Under the pieces are notes generated by a model. That model searched no databases and had not been told where the DNA came from. It saw only the letters and a list, made by a program, of their open reading frames with translations. This document shows positions 30,526 through 40,250 of a DNA stretch of 64,000 nucleotides, piece after piece. The position numbers were made by a program, and so were the translations under genes. Within the stretch, counting starts at the first letter, position 1, and each line of letters starts with the position of its first letter. The stretch is from IMG/VR virus record IMGVR_UViG_3300042544_003642. One strand, 5' to 3'. The stretch comes from an uncultured virus (IMG/VR IMGVR_UViG_3300042544_003642) (Duplodnaviria > Heunggongvirae > Uroviricota > Caudoviricetes).

Positions 30526-30599
30526 GCAGGTATGGTGTAATAGGAACTCAGTGCGTTGCCAACGCACAGTCGCCGGAGCGTTACCGGCTACCTGCTCCA
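30526..30599 (+). tRNA. tRNA-Gly(GCC)
   Basis: gtgcg-ttGCCaa-cgcac; U73; CCA. Confidence 0.85.
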
Positions 30600-30647
30600 A
30601 ACTTCCTTCTGTAAATATCCCAAACTGTTTACAGAAAGGACAAAAAA

Positions 30648-31040
30648 ATGGAAATAGTTGTAACGCGTCAACCCTCAGCCAATGGCTGCACAATTGGCAC
30701 CATGAACATTGACGGAGCATTTGAATGCTACACTCTAGAGGATGTGGTTCGTCCCAACGGAGAAAAAGTCTATGGCCAAACTGCTATCCCTGAGGGTCGC
30801 TATCAAATCAAGCTGACCATGAGCAACAGATTCAAGATTGTGTTGCCACTGTTGGAAAACGTACCAAACTTTGAGGGTGTGAGAATACATCCAGGCAACA
30901 CAGCAGCTGACACTGATGGATGCATATTGGTGGGTCAAACCAAAACTAGCAACAGCATTGGATCAAGCCGAGTGGCTTTTGACAAGTTGTTTTCACGATT
31001 GCAGGCCCACAAGGGAGAAATTTGGCTCACTGTAAAATAA
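30648..31040 (+). CDS. DUF5675 family protein
   Basis: TIG, CYTLE, TAIPEGRY, IHPGNT..DTDGCILVG. Confidence 0.8.
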   Translation: MEIVVTRQPSANGCTIGTMNIDGAFECYTLEDVVRPNGEKVYGQTAIPEGRYQIKLTMSNRFKIVLPLLENVPNFEGVRIHPGNTAADTDGCILVGQTKTSNSIGSSRVAFDKLFSRLQAHKGEIWLTVK

Positions 31041-31105
31041 GTTGGTTGCACGACTCCTTTTGTTTGTTTAGACTTCAACTCTGAACTTACAAAAGGAGAA
31101 GTTTT

Positions 31106-31732
31106 TTGTTCAATTTACAAGCTATTGATCGAAGTTTGTTGTGGAAGCTGGTGTGTTTCCACACATTTGTAATTGCTCTCAGCAATTATCTAGTGACAAT
31201 CAAATTTTCAATGTTTGGATTGCCGCTAACCTGGGCTGCATTTACTTTCCCACTTATTGTGGTGGCAACTGACTTAACTGTGCGGTTGGTTAACAAAGAA
31301 AATGCACGAGCTATTGTTAGTGCAGCTTTTGTGCCAGCAATTATTGCCAGCATTGCTGTTGTGTATCTCAGCGGTGCTCCCTCAAGTGTGGCTTGGCGTA
31401 TTGGCCTTGCATCTGGTGTTGCTTACCTCTTCAGTAACCTTATGGACGTGTTTGTGTTTCAAAAGGTGAGAGAGCGACTTCAAATGTGGTTTTGGGCACC
31501 TGCCATCTCAGCTGTGTTTGCCAACATTGTAGACACCTTTGTGTTCTTTGCTGTAGCCTTTTACAACAGTGCTAACGCCTATATGGCAGCCAACTGGCAC
31601 ATTCTTGCATTGAATCAAACTGGAGCCAAGGTGCTGGTATCAGCAGCAGTGATTCTGCCCATTTATGGTGTGCTGTTGGCTTGGTTGCAAACCCGAGTTG
31701 AACGAGACATTATGGGGCCAACAGGCTCATAA
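31106..31732 (+). CDS. yhhQ: queuosine-precursor transporter (VUT/YhhQ family)
   Basis: SNYLV, TWAAFTFP, ATDLTVR, DTFVFF; multi-TM. Confidence 0.85.
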   Translation: MFNLQAIDRSLLWKLVCFHTFVIALSNYLVTIKFSMFGLPLTWAAFTFPLIVVATDLTVRLVNKENARAIVSAAFVPAIIASIAVVYLSGAPSSVAWRIGLASGVAYLFSNLMDVFVFQKVRERLQMWFWAPAISAVFANIVDTFVFFAVAFYNSANAYMAANWHILALNQTGAKVLVSAAVILPIYGVLLAWLQTRVERDIMGPTGS

Positions 31733-31740
31733 AAGGTTTT

Positions 31741-31814
31741 CGTCCTGTAGCTCAACTGAATAGAGCATTTGAATCCTAGTCAAAAGGTTGCGAGTTTGAA
31801 TCTCGCCAGGACGT
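31741..31814 (+). tRNA. tRNA-Arg(CCT)
   Basis: tttga-atCCTag-tcaaa; no encoded CCA. Confidence 0.75.
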
Positions 31815-32094
31815 TGACACAAACGGAAACTGTGTAATAATAGTATAGATATCCATTGCAGGAAGGAATTTAAATACCTTTGATGCACAGACGCCAGTAA
31901 CCTGCGTTTGTGAGGGCAAGCTGGGATTTTGAGCTTGTCCTGTGAGAGTGATCAAATTGTTCTCTCTCCAAAATCAAAATCGAGATTGACAAAAATGTCA
32001 ACTTCGTATTTTGGCGTGAAAGTCTTGTGCTTTCATGCAAAAGTTGTCTCTGTCATTTTGACTGCGGCAATCCAAGAAAAGAAGGAGCATTGCT

Positions 32095-32643
32095 TTGAAA
32101 ACTATCTTATGGCTAGCCTTTGCAGGGCTGCTGTTGATCATCAAGCCAGTAACCGCACAAACATACGGTTTCAACAGTTATACAGCACAACTTACAAGTG
32201 TTCAGCCTTTGACAGCTGATCCCAATAGTGTCAAGGAAATCATTTGCATGAGCCTCAACATTTACCATGAGGCCCGGGGCACAAGCCTTGCCAATCAAAT
32301 TGGCGTTGCACATGTAACCAGAAACCGGCACAAACAAAAGAAAATGAGCATTTGTGACGTAGTGTTTGAAAGAAAAGGGGCGTCAGCTCAATTTTCCTGG
32401 AGCAACAAACCAGGTGCCAAACAAAAGCGTCTTGAGATTGAAAGTTGGGACCGGGCACAAGAAATTGCCTACAGCGTTCTCTACACCAAAACTCACGACA
32501 TCACAAAAGGTGCAACGTATTTTCACGAAAAAACCATACGTCCTGTTTGGGCTTCACGAGCTCGGGAAAAAACAGCCATTGGTGCACATGTTTTTATTCG
32601 ACTGGAAGAAGTTGCTGAGGCTCGGCCAGTAACGTTGCCGTAA
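32095..32643 (+). CDS. cell wall hydrolase (SleB/Hydrolase_2)
   Basis: NIYHEARG, VTRNR, QFSW, GATYFH, IGAHVF. Confidence 0.88.
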   Translation: MKTILWLAFAGLLLIIKPVTAQTYGFNSYTAQLTSVQPLTADPNSVKEIICMSLNIYHEARGTSLANQIGVAHVTRNRHKQKKMSICDVVFERKGASAQFSWSNKPGAKQKRLEIESWDRAQEIAYSVLYTKTHDITKGATYFHEKTIRPVWASRAREKTAIGAHVFIRLEEVAEARPVTLP

Positions 32644-32658
32644 GCAACGCTACTGGTC

Positions 32659-33264
32659 TTACCATCTTGCATTATCCTCAAATCCAGCATCTTCTAGTTC
32701 TTTTTGACAATCAAACATGGCACGTTTGCCTTGTCCTGCGTATTTGTTCAAGATTGTTTCAACAGTCGTGTGATTCATTGCTGACCGCAACGAGATACTT
32801 TTGGCTGCCAAACAACGGAGCAGTGGAAGAGTAGGCGTGTAAGGTATAGCCAAGTAATTGAGCTCTGAAGGCATACCTTGGAGTGAGGTTAATGGGTTGA
32901 GGTGACAACTAAAAAGATCACCAACACTGCTGGGAGCACCTTCCAGTGAAGTCAGTTGGTTGTTGAAGCATACGAAACTTCCAACCACATTCTTGGGTGC
33001 AGCTTTAAGTGAAATAAGTTGGTTACTTGAGCCTAAGAAACTTCCACCAACACTCTCTGGCGCCCCGTCCAGTGTGGTTAGTTGGTTGTAATCGCACTGG
33101 AAGTGTCCAAGAACACTCTTGAAACGCACAGGGAACTGGGGTAATTGTCTTTTAAGTATAACATTACCCTGGCAAGTGATCAACCCCTCAGGATCTATTG
33201 TGACTTGGCCTGTTGTTTTGAAATTAGCTTTCAACAAAGCCATTACTTCTTTTTTGTCTACCAT
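32659..33264 (-). CDS. LRR-like array protein 9
   Basis: LRR-like units and conserved ...DAGFEDNARW C-terminus. Confidence 0.85.
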   Translation of the reverse strand: MVDKKEVMALLKANFKTTGQVTIDPEGLITCQGNVILKRQLPQFPVRFKSVLGHFQCDYNQLTTLDGAPESVGGSFLGSSNQLISLKAAPKNVVGSFVCFNNQLTSLEGAPSSVGDLFSCHLNPLTSLQGMPSELNYLAIPYTPTLPLLRCLAAKSISLRSAMNHTTVETILNKYAGQGKRAMFDCQKELEDAGFEDNARW

Positions 33265-34010
33265 CTTGCATTCCCTTCAAATCCAGCATCTTCCAGTTCT
33301 TTTTGGCAGTCAAACATGGCACGTTTGCCTTGACCCATATACTTTTGCAGAATAGCCCGCACCTCGTGTGGCCATCCCATACCCGACCACAGTTTTTTAG
33401 CATTTAAACAACGCAAGAGCGGCAGAGTGGGGCTGTAGTCAATCCATAAAACCCTTACTTCAGTAGGCATTCCTTCAAGTGACTCTAGCTGATTACCCCA
33501 TGCTCTCAACTCGCCAGTGATGGTTTTTGGTGCACCGTGTAGTGAGACTAGTTTGTTTTCCATGCAAAACAAATCATGCACTTTCTCAGGAACATGTTCC
33601 AGTGATGAGAGTTGATTTGTCATACAAGAGAAATTGGCACCAACTGATTTGGGACAGTGTTCAAGGCTTTCTATGTTGTTATTATCGCATTTGAAATCTC
33701 CGCCCACATGTTGAGGCGAACCCAACAAACTGGTGAGTTGGTTGTGGCCACACTTGAAATCTCTACCTACCCAAGAGGGTGCGCCTTCTAGACTCACCAG
33801 ATCGGTATGCTGTACAGCAAAATCGTAGCGTATTTTTCCAAACCTTACCCGCAAGGTTTTTATACCTGGCTTACCATCAAGGTAAGATTTCTCCTTGCTC
33901 TTGACACTGCCTGTGCAGGATATCAATCCTGTGTTGGGATCAACAGAGAGTTTACCTGTGTGAGAGTAATATTTGTCAAAAGTTTTTTTGATCCCGGCTA
34001 GATCTACCAT
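33258..34010 (-). CDS. LRR-like array protein 8
   Basis: Same family; 7-nt overlap with neighbours. Confidence 0.85.
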   Translation of the reverse strand: MVDLAGIKKTFDKYYSHTGKLSVDPNTGLISCTGSVKSKEKSYLDGKPGIKTLRVRFGKIRYDFAVQHTDLVSLEGAPSWVGRDFKCGHNQLTSLLGSPQHVGGDFKCDNNNIESLEHCPKSVGANFSCMTNQLSSLEHVPEKVHDLFCMENKLVSLHGAPKTITGELRAWGNQLESLEGMPTEVRVLWIDYSPTLPLLRCLNAKKLWSGMGWPHEVRAILQKYMGQGKRAMFDCQKELEDAGFEGNARW

Positions 34011-34621
34011 CGTGCATTTCCTTCAAATCCAGAGTCTTCCAAATCTTTTTGGCAGTCAAACATGGCAGCTTTGCCTTGACCTGCATATTTGTTCATGATT
34101 TCTTGAACCTTCTGGGGTGGCTCCGATTCATCAACCCTATGCATGAATACAATTTTTTTGGCAACCAATGCACGTAGCAAAGGCAAAGTGGGCGAATATT
34201 GTAACACTAGTCGCCCTAAACCTTCTTGCGGTATGCCTTCAAGACTTTCAAGTGGATTGCCCACACAACTCAAAGATCCAAGAACTTTTTTGGGTGCACC
34301 TTGCAAGCTCTTGAGCTGGTTGAACCCACATAAGTAGTGTTCGCCAACAGCATCAGGACCGCCTTCAAGAGTTTGTAAATTGTTCTCAGTACAACGAAAT
34401 TCATTGTAGACATATTTGGGAGATCCTTGAAGGCTTGTGAGCCCCATGCCCCCCACATCAAATCCTTCCACTTCATAAAAGCCAACTGGCAACTTCTTAA
34501 CATGCAACATAAGCGTTACGTAACCTTTTGTGCTTATTGTTCCATCAGAATTGATTACAATGCTTTCATTACATTGAAAATAATCATCAAAAGTTTTTTT
34601 GATGTTATCAACGTCTACCAT
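34004..34621 (-). CDS. LRR-like array protein 7
   Basis: Same family. Confidence 0.85.
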   Translation of the reverse strand: MVDVDNIKKTFDDYFQCNESIVINSDGTISTKGYVTLMLHVKKLPVGFYEVEGFDVGGMGLTSLQGSPKYVYNEFRCTENNLQTLEGGPDAVGEHYLCGFNQLKSLQGAPKKVLGSLSCVGNPLESLEGIPQEGLGRLVLQYSPTLPLLRALVAKKIVFMHRVDESEPPQKVQEIMNKYAGQGKAAMFDCQKDLEDSGFEGNARW

Positions 34622-35253
34622 TTTGCATGATCCTCAAATCCAGCGTCTTCCAAATCTTTTTGGCAATCAAACATGGCACGTTTGCCTTGGCCAGCATATT
34701 TGTTCAAAATTGTCTGCACTTTTCCCTTCTCCACAGTGTGAGTGTCGTCAGCAGGCTCTAAAAATATATGCCTTGCTGCCAAGGTACGTAAGAGAGGCAA
34801 ATGTGGTAGATACGGTAACCAAGCTGCATTTTCCACTTTCAACGGAAATCCATCCAAGCTTTTCAACGGATTACCAATGCAATTGAAATTATTGGGTATC
34901 TGGACAGGTGCCCCCTTCAAATCAACAAGTTGATTATGGTCACAGTAGTAGTTCCAACCTACAATTTCTGGCCCCCCACTAAGGCTTTTGAGCATGTTAC
35001 GTGAACAGTCAAAACTCACGCCCACTTCAGGGGGACAGCCTTCCAAGGTTACTAGTGCGTTCTCATCTAACGATAGATTTTCAGTTACAGCTTTGAAGGC
35101 AACTGGCAGTTTTTCAAAACGTGTATAGTGGAGATTCAACAATTGAATATCGCCATTTACTGTTACCAGTCCATCTGATGAAACTTTTGCACTGTTGTAG
35201 TCAAAGCTGAAATGGTCTTTCAATAACTGCAAGATTTCTCGTTTGTTTACCAT
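34615..35253 (-). CDS. LRR-like array protein 6
   Basis: Same family. Confidence 0.85.
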   Translation of the reverse strand: MVNKREILQLLKDHFSFDYNSAKVSSDGLVTVNGDIQLLNLHYTRFEKLPVAFKAVTENLSLDENALVTLEGCPPEVGVSFDCSRNMLKSLSGGPEIVGWNYYCDHNQLVDLKGAPVQIPNNFNCIGNPLKSLDGFPLKVENAAWLPYLPHLPLLRTLAARHIFLEPADDTHTVEKGKVQTILNKYAGQGKRAMFDCQKDLEDAGFEDHAKW

Positions 35254-35906
35254 CTGGCGTTGTCCTCAAATCCGGCATCTTCCAATTCTTTTTGACAATC
35301 AAACATAACACGTTTTCCTTGCCCCAAATATTTTTCCAAAATGTATAACACCTTCCAGGCATCGCTGCCCTCGCTTTGATACGGCCAAAAAATAATCTCT
35401 GGTGCCACCAATGTGCGCAACAAAGGCAGCTGAGTATCATAAGTGATATACAAACTATCTCCAATTTTTTGAGGAAAGCCCTGCAAGCTCTCTAGAGGAT
35501 TGGCTGAACAATTGAACACACTGGGGATTTCTCTAGGTGCCCCTTCCAAATCCTTCAATTGATTTTTACTGCAATTATAACTGCCGCCAAATGTGGGTGT
35601 TTGTGTCGTGCCTATTGTTTTGGGTCCAAACTTCAAACTTTTGAGTTCATTATTGTCACACTCAAAATTCTTACCAACAGTTTCTGGACAACCCTCTAGT
35701 GTCTTGAGTTGGTTGATGCTGAGCATCATACTGCCTTCAATGTGAGAAAATTTCACCGGTAGTTCTTGAAAAGAACTGTGAAATTTGTTGTATAACACAA
35801 CGTCTCCCATGACACTGACTTTGCCAGCTGGATCAACAATGGGGTCCCCATCTACCATGAAATGTTGAGTTAGCGTGTTCAACACATGCTGTTTGACGTC
35901 TACCAT
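35247..35906 (-). CDS. LRR-like array protein 5
   Basis: Same family. Confidence 0.85.
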   Translation of the reverse strand: MVDVKQHVLNTLTQHFMVDGDPIVDPAGKVSVMGDVVLYNKFHSSFQELPVKFSHIEGSMMLSINQLKTLEGCPETVGKNFECDNNELKSLKFGPKTIGTTQTPTFGGSYNCSKNQLKDLEGAPREIPSVFNCSANPLESLQGFPQKIGDSLYITYDTQLPLLRTLVAPEIIFWPYQSEGSDAWKVLYILEKYLGQGKRVMFDCQKELEDAGFEDNARW

Positions 35907-36505
35907 CTTGCATTTCCTTCAAAGCCCGCATCTTCCAGTTCTTTTTGGCAATCAAACAGGGCACGTTTGCCTTGTCCTGCGTATTTGTAAAATATTCCTT
36001 CAATTGTTAGAAGTTTGCTTTGCATAACATTGTGGGCATACAGCATTAGGCCCTGTTGGCAGTTCAAAGCTCGAAGCAAGGGCAATTTATTGTGATAATT
36101 TATGCTCAAGTGTTGGCCTACTCGTTGGGGAAACCCAGCAAGACTCAACACTGGAACCTCTTGTCTAAATCCCACACGACCTGAAACCTCAAGGGGCCCA
36201 CCTGTCATGTCTTTCAAAGGATTTTTGTTGGCAGTGAATCTGCCTCCCACAATCTGCGGACAACCTTCAAGACTGGAGAGTCCACATCTGTCTAAAATCA
36301 AACTGGCATGGCAAACGCCAAATTTTACAGGCAGTTTTCCATTGGGAAACGGTCCTTGTATGGCCAAGAGCACACCATATCCTGGTGTGATCTCCTGCAC
36401 ATTTACTATACCACTATCTTCAATTTGAAAGCGCACCCGGTTGTCTGCCTCACCATTACGAAAATAAGTGTTCAACATGTGCTGAACTTCTTGTTTGTCT
36501 ACCAT
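35900..36505 (-). CDS. LRR-like array protein 4
   Basis: Same family. Confidence 0.85.
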   Translation of the reverse strand: MVDKQEVQHMLNTYFRNGEADNRVRFQIEDSGIVNVQEITPGYGVLLAIQGPFPNGKLPVKFGVCHASLILDRCGLSSLEGCPQIVGGRFTANKNPLKDMTGGPLEVSGRVGFRQEVPVLSLAGFPQRVGQHLSINYHNKLPLLRALNCQQGLMLYAHNVMQSKLLTIEGIFYKYAGQGKRALFDCQKELEDAGFEGNARW

Positions 36506-37098
36506 CTTGCATTTCCTTCAAATCCAGCATCCTCTAGATCTTTTTGACATTCAAACAGGGCACGCTTGCCCTGTCCTTTGTATTTTTCAATTATTTCTTC
36601 AATGGGATTAGTGTTAAAGGATGATGAGCTCAATATTACACCATCTTGGCAAGCTAACGTGCGCAGCAGCGGCAACTTGTCATGGTAAGGCAGTTTAGCA
36701 TAGTCACCCACCCTATCAGGAAAACCATCCAAACTCTCTAATAGGTTTTTCTGCATCCCAAGCCAAAACCTACCTGTGACTTCTTTGGGCCCACCCTTGA
36801 AATTTTTCAATTGATTGCCAAGTGCAACAAAATTGCCTTGGATTACAGGGGGACAACCAACCAAGTCCACGATTTGATTCCGGTCCAATTTTAAGCTGGC
36901 TTTGAACAAGCCAAATCTCACAGGCAACTGACCTCCAGGGAAGGGTTTGTCCTTAATAGTGCGGAGATGGCCGCGACCAGGAGTCAGCTCAAGCACATTA
37001 ACCAAGCCCTCAGGACCTATGTCAAATTTCACAGCGTCATTTGGCTCAAAGAAAAAATACTCTGCCAACAGTTCCAAAATTTCCCTTTTGTCTACCAT
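36499..37098 (-). CDS. LRR-like array protein 3
   Basis: Same family. Confidence 0.85.
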   Translation of the reverse strand: MVDKREILELLAEYFFFEPNDAVKFDIGPEGLVNVLELTPGRGHLRTIKDKPFPGGQLPVRFGLFKASLKLDRNQIVDLVGCPPVIQGNFVALGNQLKNFKGGPKEVTGRFWLGMQKNLLESLDGFPDRVGDYAKLPYHDKLPLLRTLACQDGVILSSSSFNTNPIEEIIEKYKGQGKRALFECQKDLEDAGFEGNARW

Positions 37099-37913
37099 TT
37101 GGCGTTCCTTTCAAATCCTGCGTCTTCCAATTCTTTTTGACAGTCAAACAGGGCTCGTTTGCCCTGGCCTGCGTATTTTTTCAAGATGGTTTCCACTTGA
37201 ATATACTTGCCCCACAGCACAGGCCAAAAATTGACCTTCTGGGCTACCAAAAGCCGTAACAAGGGCAAATCGGATTTGTAACTGACTTCAATCAAATCAG
37301 GAGTTTGGGAGCCTAACCCCTCAAGATTTTCCAAGGGATTGTGATCAAAAATAAACTGCTTGGAAATATTCAAAGAGGCACCTTTGAGTGTTGTGAGCTT
37401 GTTGTTGGTTGCCCAAAAATATTCCACGGTCTGTGGTGCGTCTTGAAGATCAGTCAAGAGATTTTTACTGACATCAAACATACCACCTATTTGCAGGGGA
37501 GCACCTCGCAAACTCACTAAATTGTTGTTGTATGCAATGTATTCTTGTGTAAAGTCTCGTGGACTTCCCAACAAATCTGAGAGTTTATTATTCTGGCAAG
37601 AATATTGTCCTTTTACTGTTTTTGGGCCACCAACCAAGCTGATCAACTGGTTTTCACTGCAATCAAATGTGTCCAAGACAGTGTGAGGACAGCCTTCAAG
37701 TGTTTCCAACTTGTTCCTGTGACAGAGAAAATTGCCTTCCACCACTCCAAATCTCACAGGCAATCGAGAGGTCTCTTTGCTCAACAAAATTGATCCATGA
37801 GCATCTACAACACCTGTATCATGTATAGTGAAAAGGGTACTTTCCCAACCAAAGTATTCATTCAGTAACTGACGAACAGTTGTTTTGTCTTGTGGGAATT
37901 CCTGGTTTACCAT
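37092..37913 (-). CDS. LRR-like array protein 2
   Basis: Same family, more repeats. Confidence 0.85.
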   Translation of the reverse strand: MVNQEFPQDKTTVRQLLNEYFGWESTLFTIHDTGVVDAHGSILLSKETSRLPVRFGVVEGNFLCHRNKLETLEGCPHTVLDTFDCSENQLISLVGGPKTVKGQYSCQNNKLSDLLGSPRDFTQEYIAYNNNLVSLRGAPLQIGGMFDVSKNLLTDLQDAPQTVEYFWATNNKLTTLKGASLNISKQFIFDHNPLENLEGLGSQTPDLIEVSYKSDLPLLRLLVAQKVNFWPVLWGKYIQVETILKKYAGQGKRALFDCQKELEDAGFERNAKW

Positions 37914-38563
37914 CGTGCATTTTCCTCAAAACCCGCATCTTCCAATTCTTTTTGGCAGTCAAACAAAGCACGTTTGCCTTTGCCTGCATAACTGTTCAAA
38001 ATTTTATGTAACTGCTGGAATTTTCCTTCGTTTCCTCGCTTATATTGCATAGGCACAATAAGGTCCACATGCAAGGCTCCTAATGTTCTCAACAGTGGTA
38101 TTGTGGGACTATACGTCAATGTTACCCAAGCAATGCTCTTGGGCAAGTGGTCAAGTGACTCCAGTGGGTTGTCTTGAATCTCCAGATTGTCAGATACTGT
38201 GTCCGGCAAACCTTGTAGAGAAGTCAACTTGTTGCTATTGAGAAGGATACTGCCACTGACCCAATGCGGAAAACTGGTTAACTTTGATAGCAAGTTGAAG
38301 CTGGCGTCGAAATCTCCTTCAATCTCAAATGGGCATCCTTCCAAGGTTCTTAGATTCTTGTTGTTGCAGGTGAAGGTACCATGCACCTTACTGAAACGCA
38401 AAGGTAACTGAGATTGAGGCCGCGTTAGGTGTAAGTCACCAGCCACAACAATCTTACCATCTTGATCAAACATCCAACCAGCTGGATATAAGGCATTGCT
38501 CTCTATCTTGAAGTTCTGGCTCAAGATGGTTTTGGTTTGTTCATATTCCACATCACTTACCAT
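37907..38563 (-). CDS. LRR-like array protein 1
   Basis: Same family. Confidence 0.85.
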   Translation of the reverse strand: MVSDVEYEQTKTILSQNFKIESNALYPAGWMFDQDGKIVVAGDLHLTRPQSQLPLRFSKVHGTFTCNNKNLRTLEGCPFEIEGDFDASFNLLSKLTSFPHWVSGSILLNSNKLTSLQGLPDTVSDNLEIQDNPLESLDHLPKSIAWVTLTYSPTIPLLRTLGALHVDLIVPMQYKRGNEGKFQQLHKILNSYAGKGKRALFDCQKELEDAGFEENARW

Positions 38564-38700
38564 CTTGCATGCAGTCCTACGCCAGAGTCTTCCAACTCTT
38601 TTTGGCAGGCAAACAAAGCACGTTTGCCACTCTCTGAATCAACATTGTAGGTGCCAAAAACATTGAACCAGCTCTCAAAATCTTCAATGGGCTGAGGCAT
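38557..38700 (-). CDS. 47-aa internally deleted array member; not in ORF track
   Basis: MPQPIEDFESWFNVFGTYNVDSESGKRALFACQKELEDSGVGLHARW*. Confidence 0.7.
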   Translation of the reverse strand: MPQPIEDFESWFNVFGTYNVDSESGKRALFACQKELEDSGVGLHARW

Positions 38701-39020
38701 TATTTGCCCAACTCATTCAAGGTGTCCACATCCACAAAAGTTTTGTCTGTGCCTGAGGTCATTATACAAGTGAGGCTCTCACTTTGTCCAGGCACGCTGA
38801 GAGTATTTGTTACTAAGATTTCTTTTTGAGGGTTGATCCATACTGACACCATCTGGGTTTGAAACTGACTTACAATAACAGGCTGGTAATTTTCCTTCTT
38901 AAACATAGCAAAAGCTTGGCTTGTGGTTGTGCAAAGTTTTTTGCTGTCAACAGGGGTCCAAGCTTGGGCACATGATATGGTTAGCAGAGAAAAAGCTAGA
39001 GACAAAATGGGGAGACGCAT
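38700..39020 (-). CDS. secreted hypothetical protein
   Basis: Signal peptide MRLPILSLAFSLLTISCAQA. Confidence 0.6.
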   Translation of the reverse strand: MRLPILSLAFSLLTISCAQAWTPVDSKKLCTTTSQAFAMFKKENYQPVIVSQFQTQMVSVWINPQKEILVTNTLSVPGQSESLTCIMTSGTDKTFVDVDTLNELGK

Positions 39021-39147
39021 CAGAAAGTCCTTGAGGTTTTTCCTATTTATCAAAGGTTGACGGTGGCGAAAAAACCGCGTATAACAATGATGTTGAAGCG
39101 CACTACACGGTGTGTGGCAAACAAAAGGAGACTATATACTACTGGAT

Positions 39148-39233
39148 GCCCTGGTGGCGGAACGGTCTACGCGGATGACTCAAAATCATCTCCTCTTACG
39201 AGGTTGGGAGTTCGAATCTCCCCTAGGGCACCA
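39148..39233 (+). tRNA. tRNA-Leu(CAA)
   Basis: gatga-ctCAAaa-tcatc; variable arm; CCA. Confidence 0.9.
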
Positions 39234-39254
39234 AAATTTTGGAAGTGACTTTGA

Positions 39255-39330
39255 TGGGGAGTAGCTCAATTGGTGGAGCATCCGACTTTGAATCGGAAGG
39301 CCGTGGGATCGTACCCCACCTCCCCTACCA
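39255..39330 (+). tRNA. tRNA-Gln(TTG)
   Basis: tccga-ctTTGaa-tcgga; CCA. Confidence 0.85.
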
Positions 39331-39352
39331 ACTTTTAAGACTTGTACCATGT

Positions 39353-39426
39353 GGCCCTGTATCCCAATTGGCAGAGGAGACAGACTTAAAATCTGTTAGT
39401 TGAGGGTTCGAATCCCTCTGGGGCCA
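39353..39426 (+). tRNA. tRNA-Leu(TAA) with short variable loop
   Basis: acaga-ctTAAaa-tctgt. Confidence 0.85.
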
Positions 39427-39525
39427 TATTCCCTTATAGGATAGGTTCTCCGGTTCGGAGATTATATTTTTCAATTATTTTCCCTGTTATTGTGTATGTC
39501 TTGGAACACCAGCTATAATTCCTAT

Positions 39526-40215
39526 ATGACATACCTAGATATACAACAACATCACAAGCCAAATCATAAACATCCTTTCAAGAATCTGCTGTTCACCTGG
39601 TTCAATGAAGTCTACTCCCGGGAGCTCACAGCTAAGGAATATTATCTCCAAATCCCAGGCATGAGTGGAAAAAAGTATCGCTATCTCATGAACAAAATTT
39701 CCAGCAGCTTGGAGGAAGCTCGCTACTTGGAAATAGGCAGTTGGAAAGGCAGCACACTTTGCAGCGTGTTGAGCAACAATAGGGTGCAAGCCACAGCCAT
39801 TGACAATTGGAGTCAGTTTGATGGCCCCAGGGATGAATTTTTTGCCAATGTAGACAAGACAATCCAGCTGGGAACCCAACTCACAGTGTTGGAAAAGGAT
39901 TTTCGTTCAATTGACTATAGCACTCTAGGCAAGTTCAACATGTATTTGTTTGATGGTCCACACACTGCACAAGATCAATATGATGGCTTGATGATGGCCC
40001 AACCCGCTCTAGATCCTGATTATCTTCTTGTGGTAGATGATTGGAACTGGCCGCCTGCTAGAGAAGGAACACATCGAGCCTTGAGAGAATTGGGGGCTGA
40101 GGTCAGCTATATCACAATTATGACCACACCAGATGGCAGTCATCCCAACAATCATAGTGAAAACAGTGATTGGCACAATGGGTATTTTCTTGCTGCGGTT
40201 TCCAAGAAAGCTTGA
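39526..40215 (+). CDS. class I SAM-dependent methyltransferase
   Basis: YLEIGSWKGST, FDGPH, VVDDWNW. Confidence 0.8.
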   Translation: MTYLDIQQHHKPNHKHPFKNLLFTWFNEVYSRELTAKEYYLQIPGMSGKKYRYLMNKISSSLEEARYLEIGSWKGSTLCSVLSNNRVQATAIDNWSQFDGPRDEFFANVDKTIQLGTQLTVLEKDFRSIDYSTLGKFNMYLFDGPHTAQDQYDGLMMAQPALDPDYLLVVDDWNWPPAREGTHRALRELGAEVSYITIMTTPDGSHPNNHSENSDWHNGYFLAAVSKKA

Positions 40216-40250
40216 CAGTGTTGATATGATAGTGTAATATAGATGTGTAA

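Noticed and set aside
32659..38563. Amber readthrough fusing the LRR genes into a polyprotein
   Set aside because: Each downstream ATG is in a different frame (ATGGTAG overlap) and some junctions use TAA.
32659..38563. Diversity-generating retroelement or integron
   Set aside because: No reverse transcriptase, integrase, adenine-specific TR/VR pair or attC-like palindromes seen in the window.
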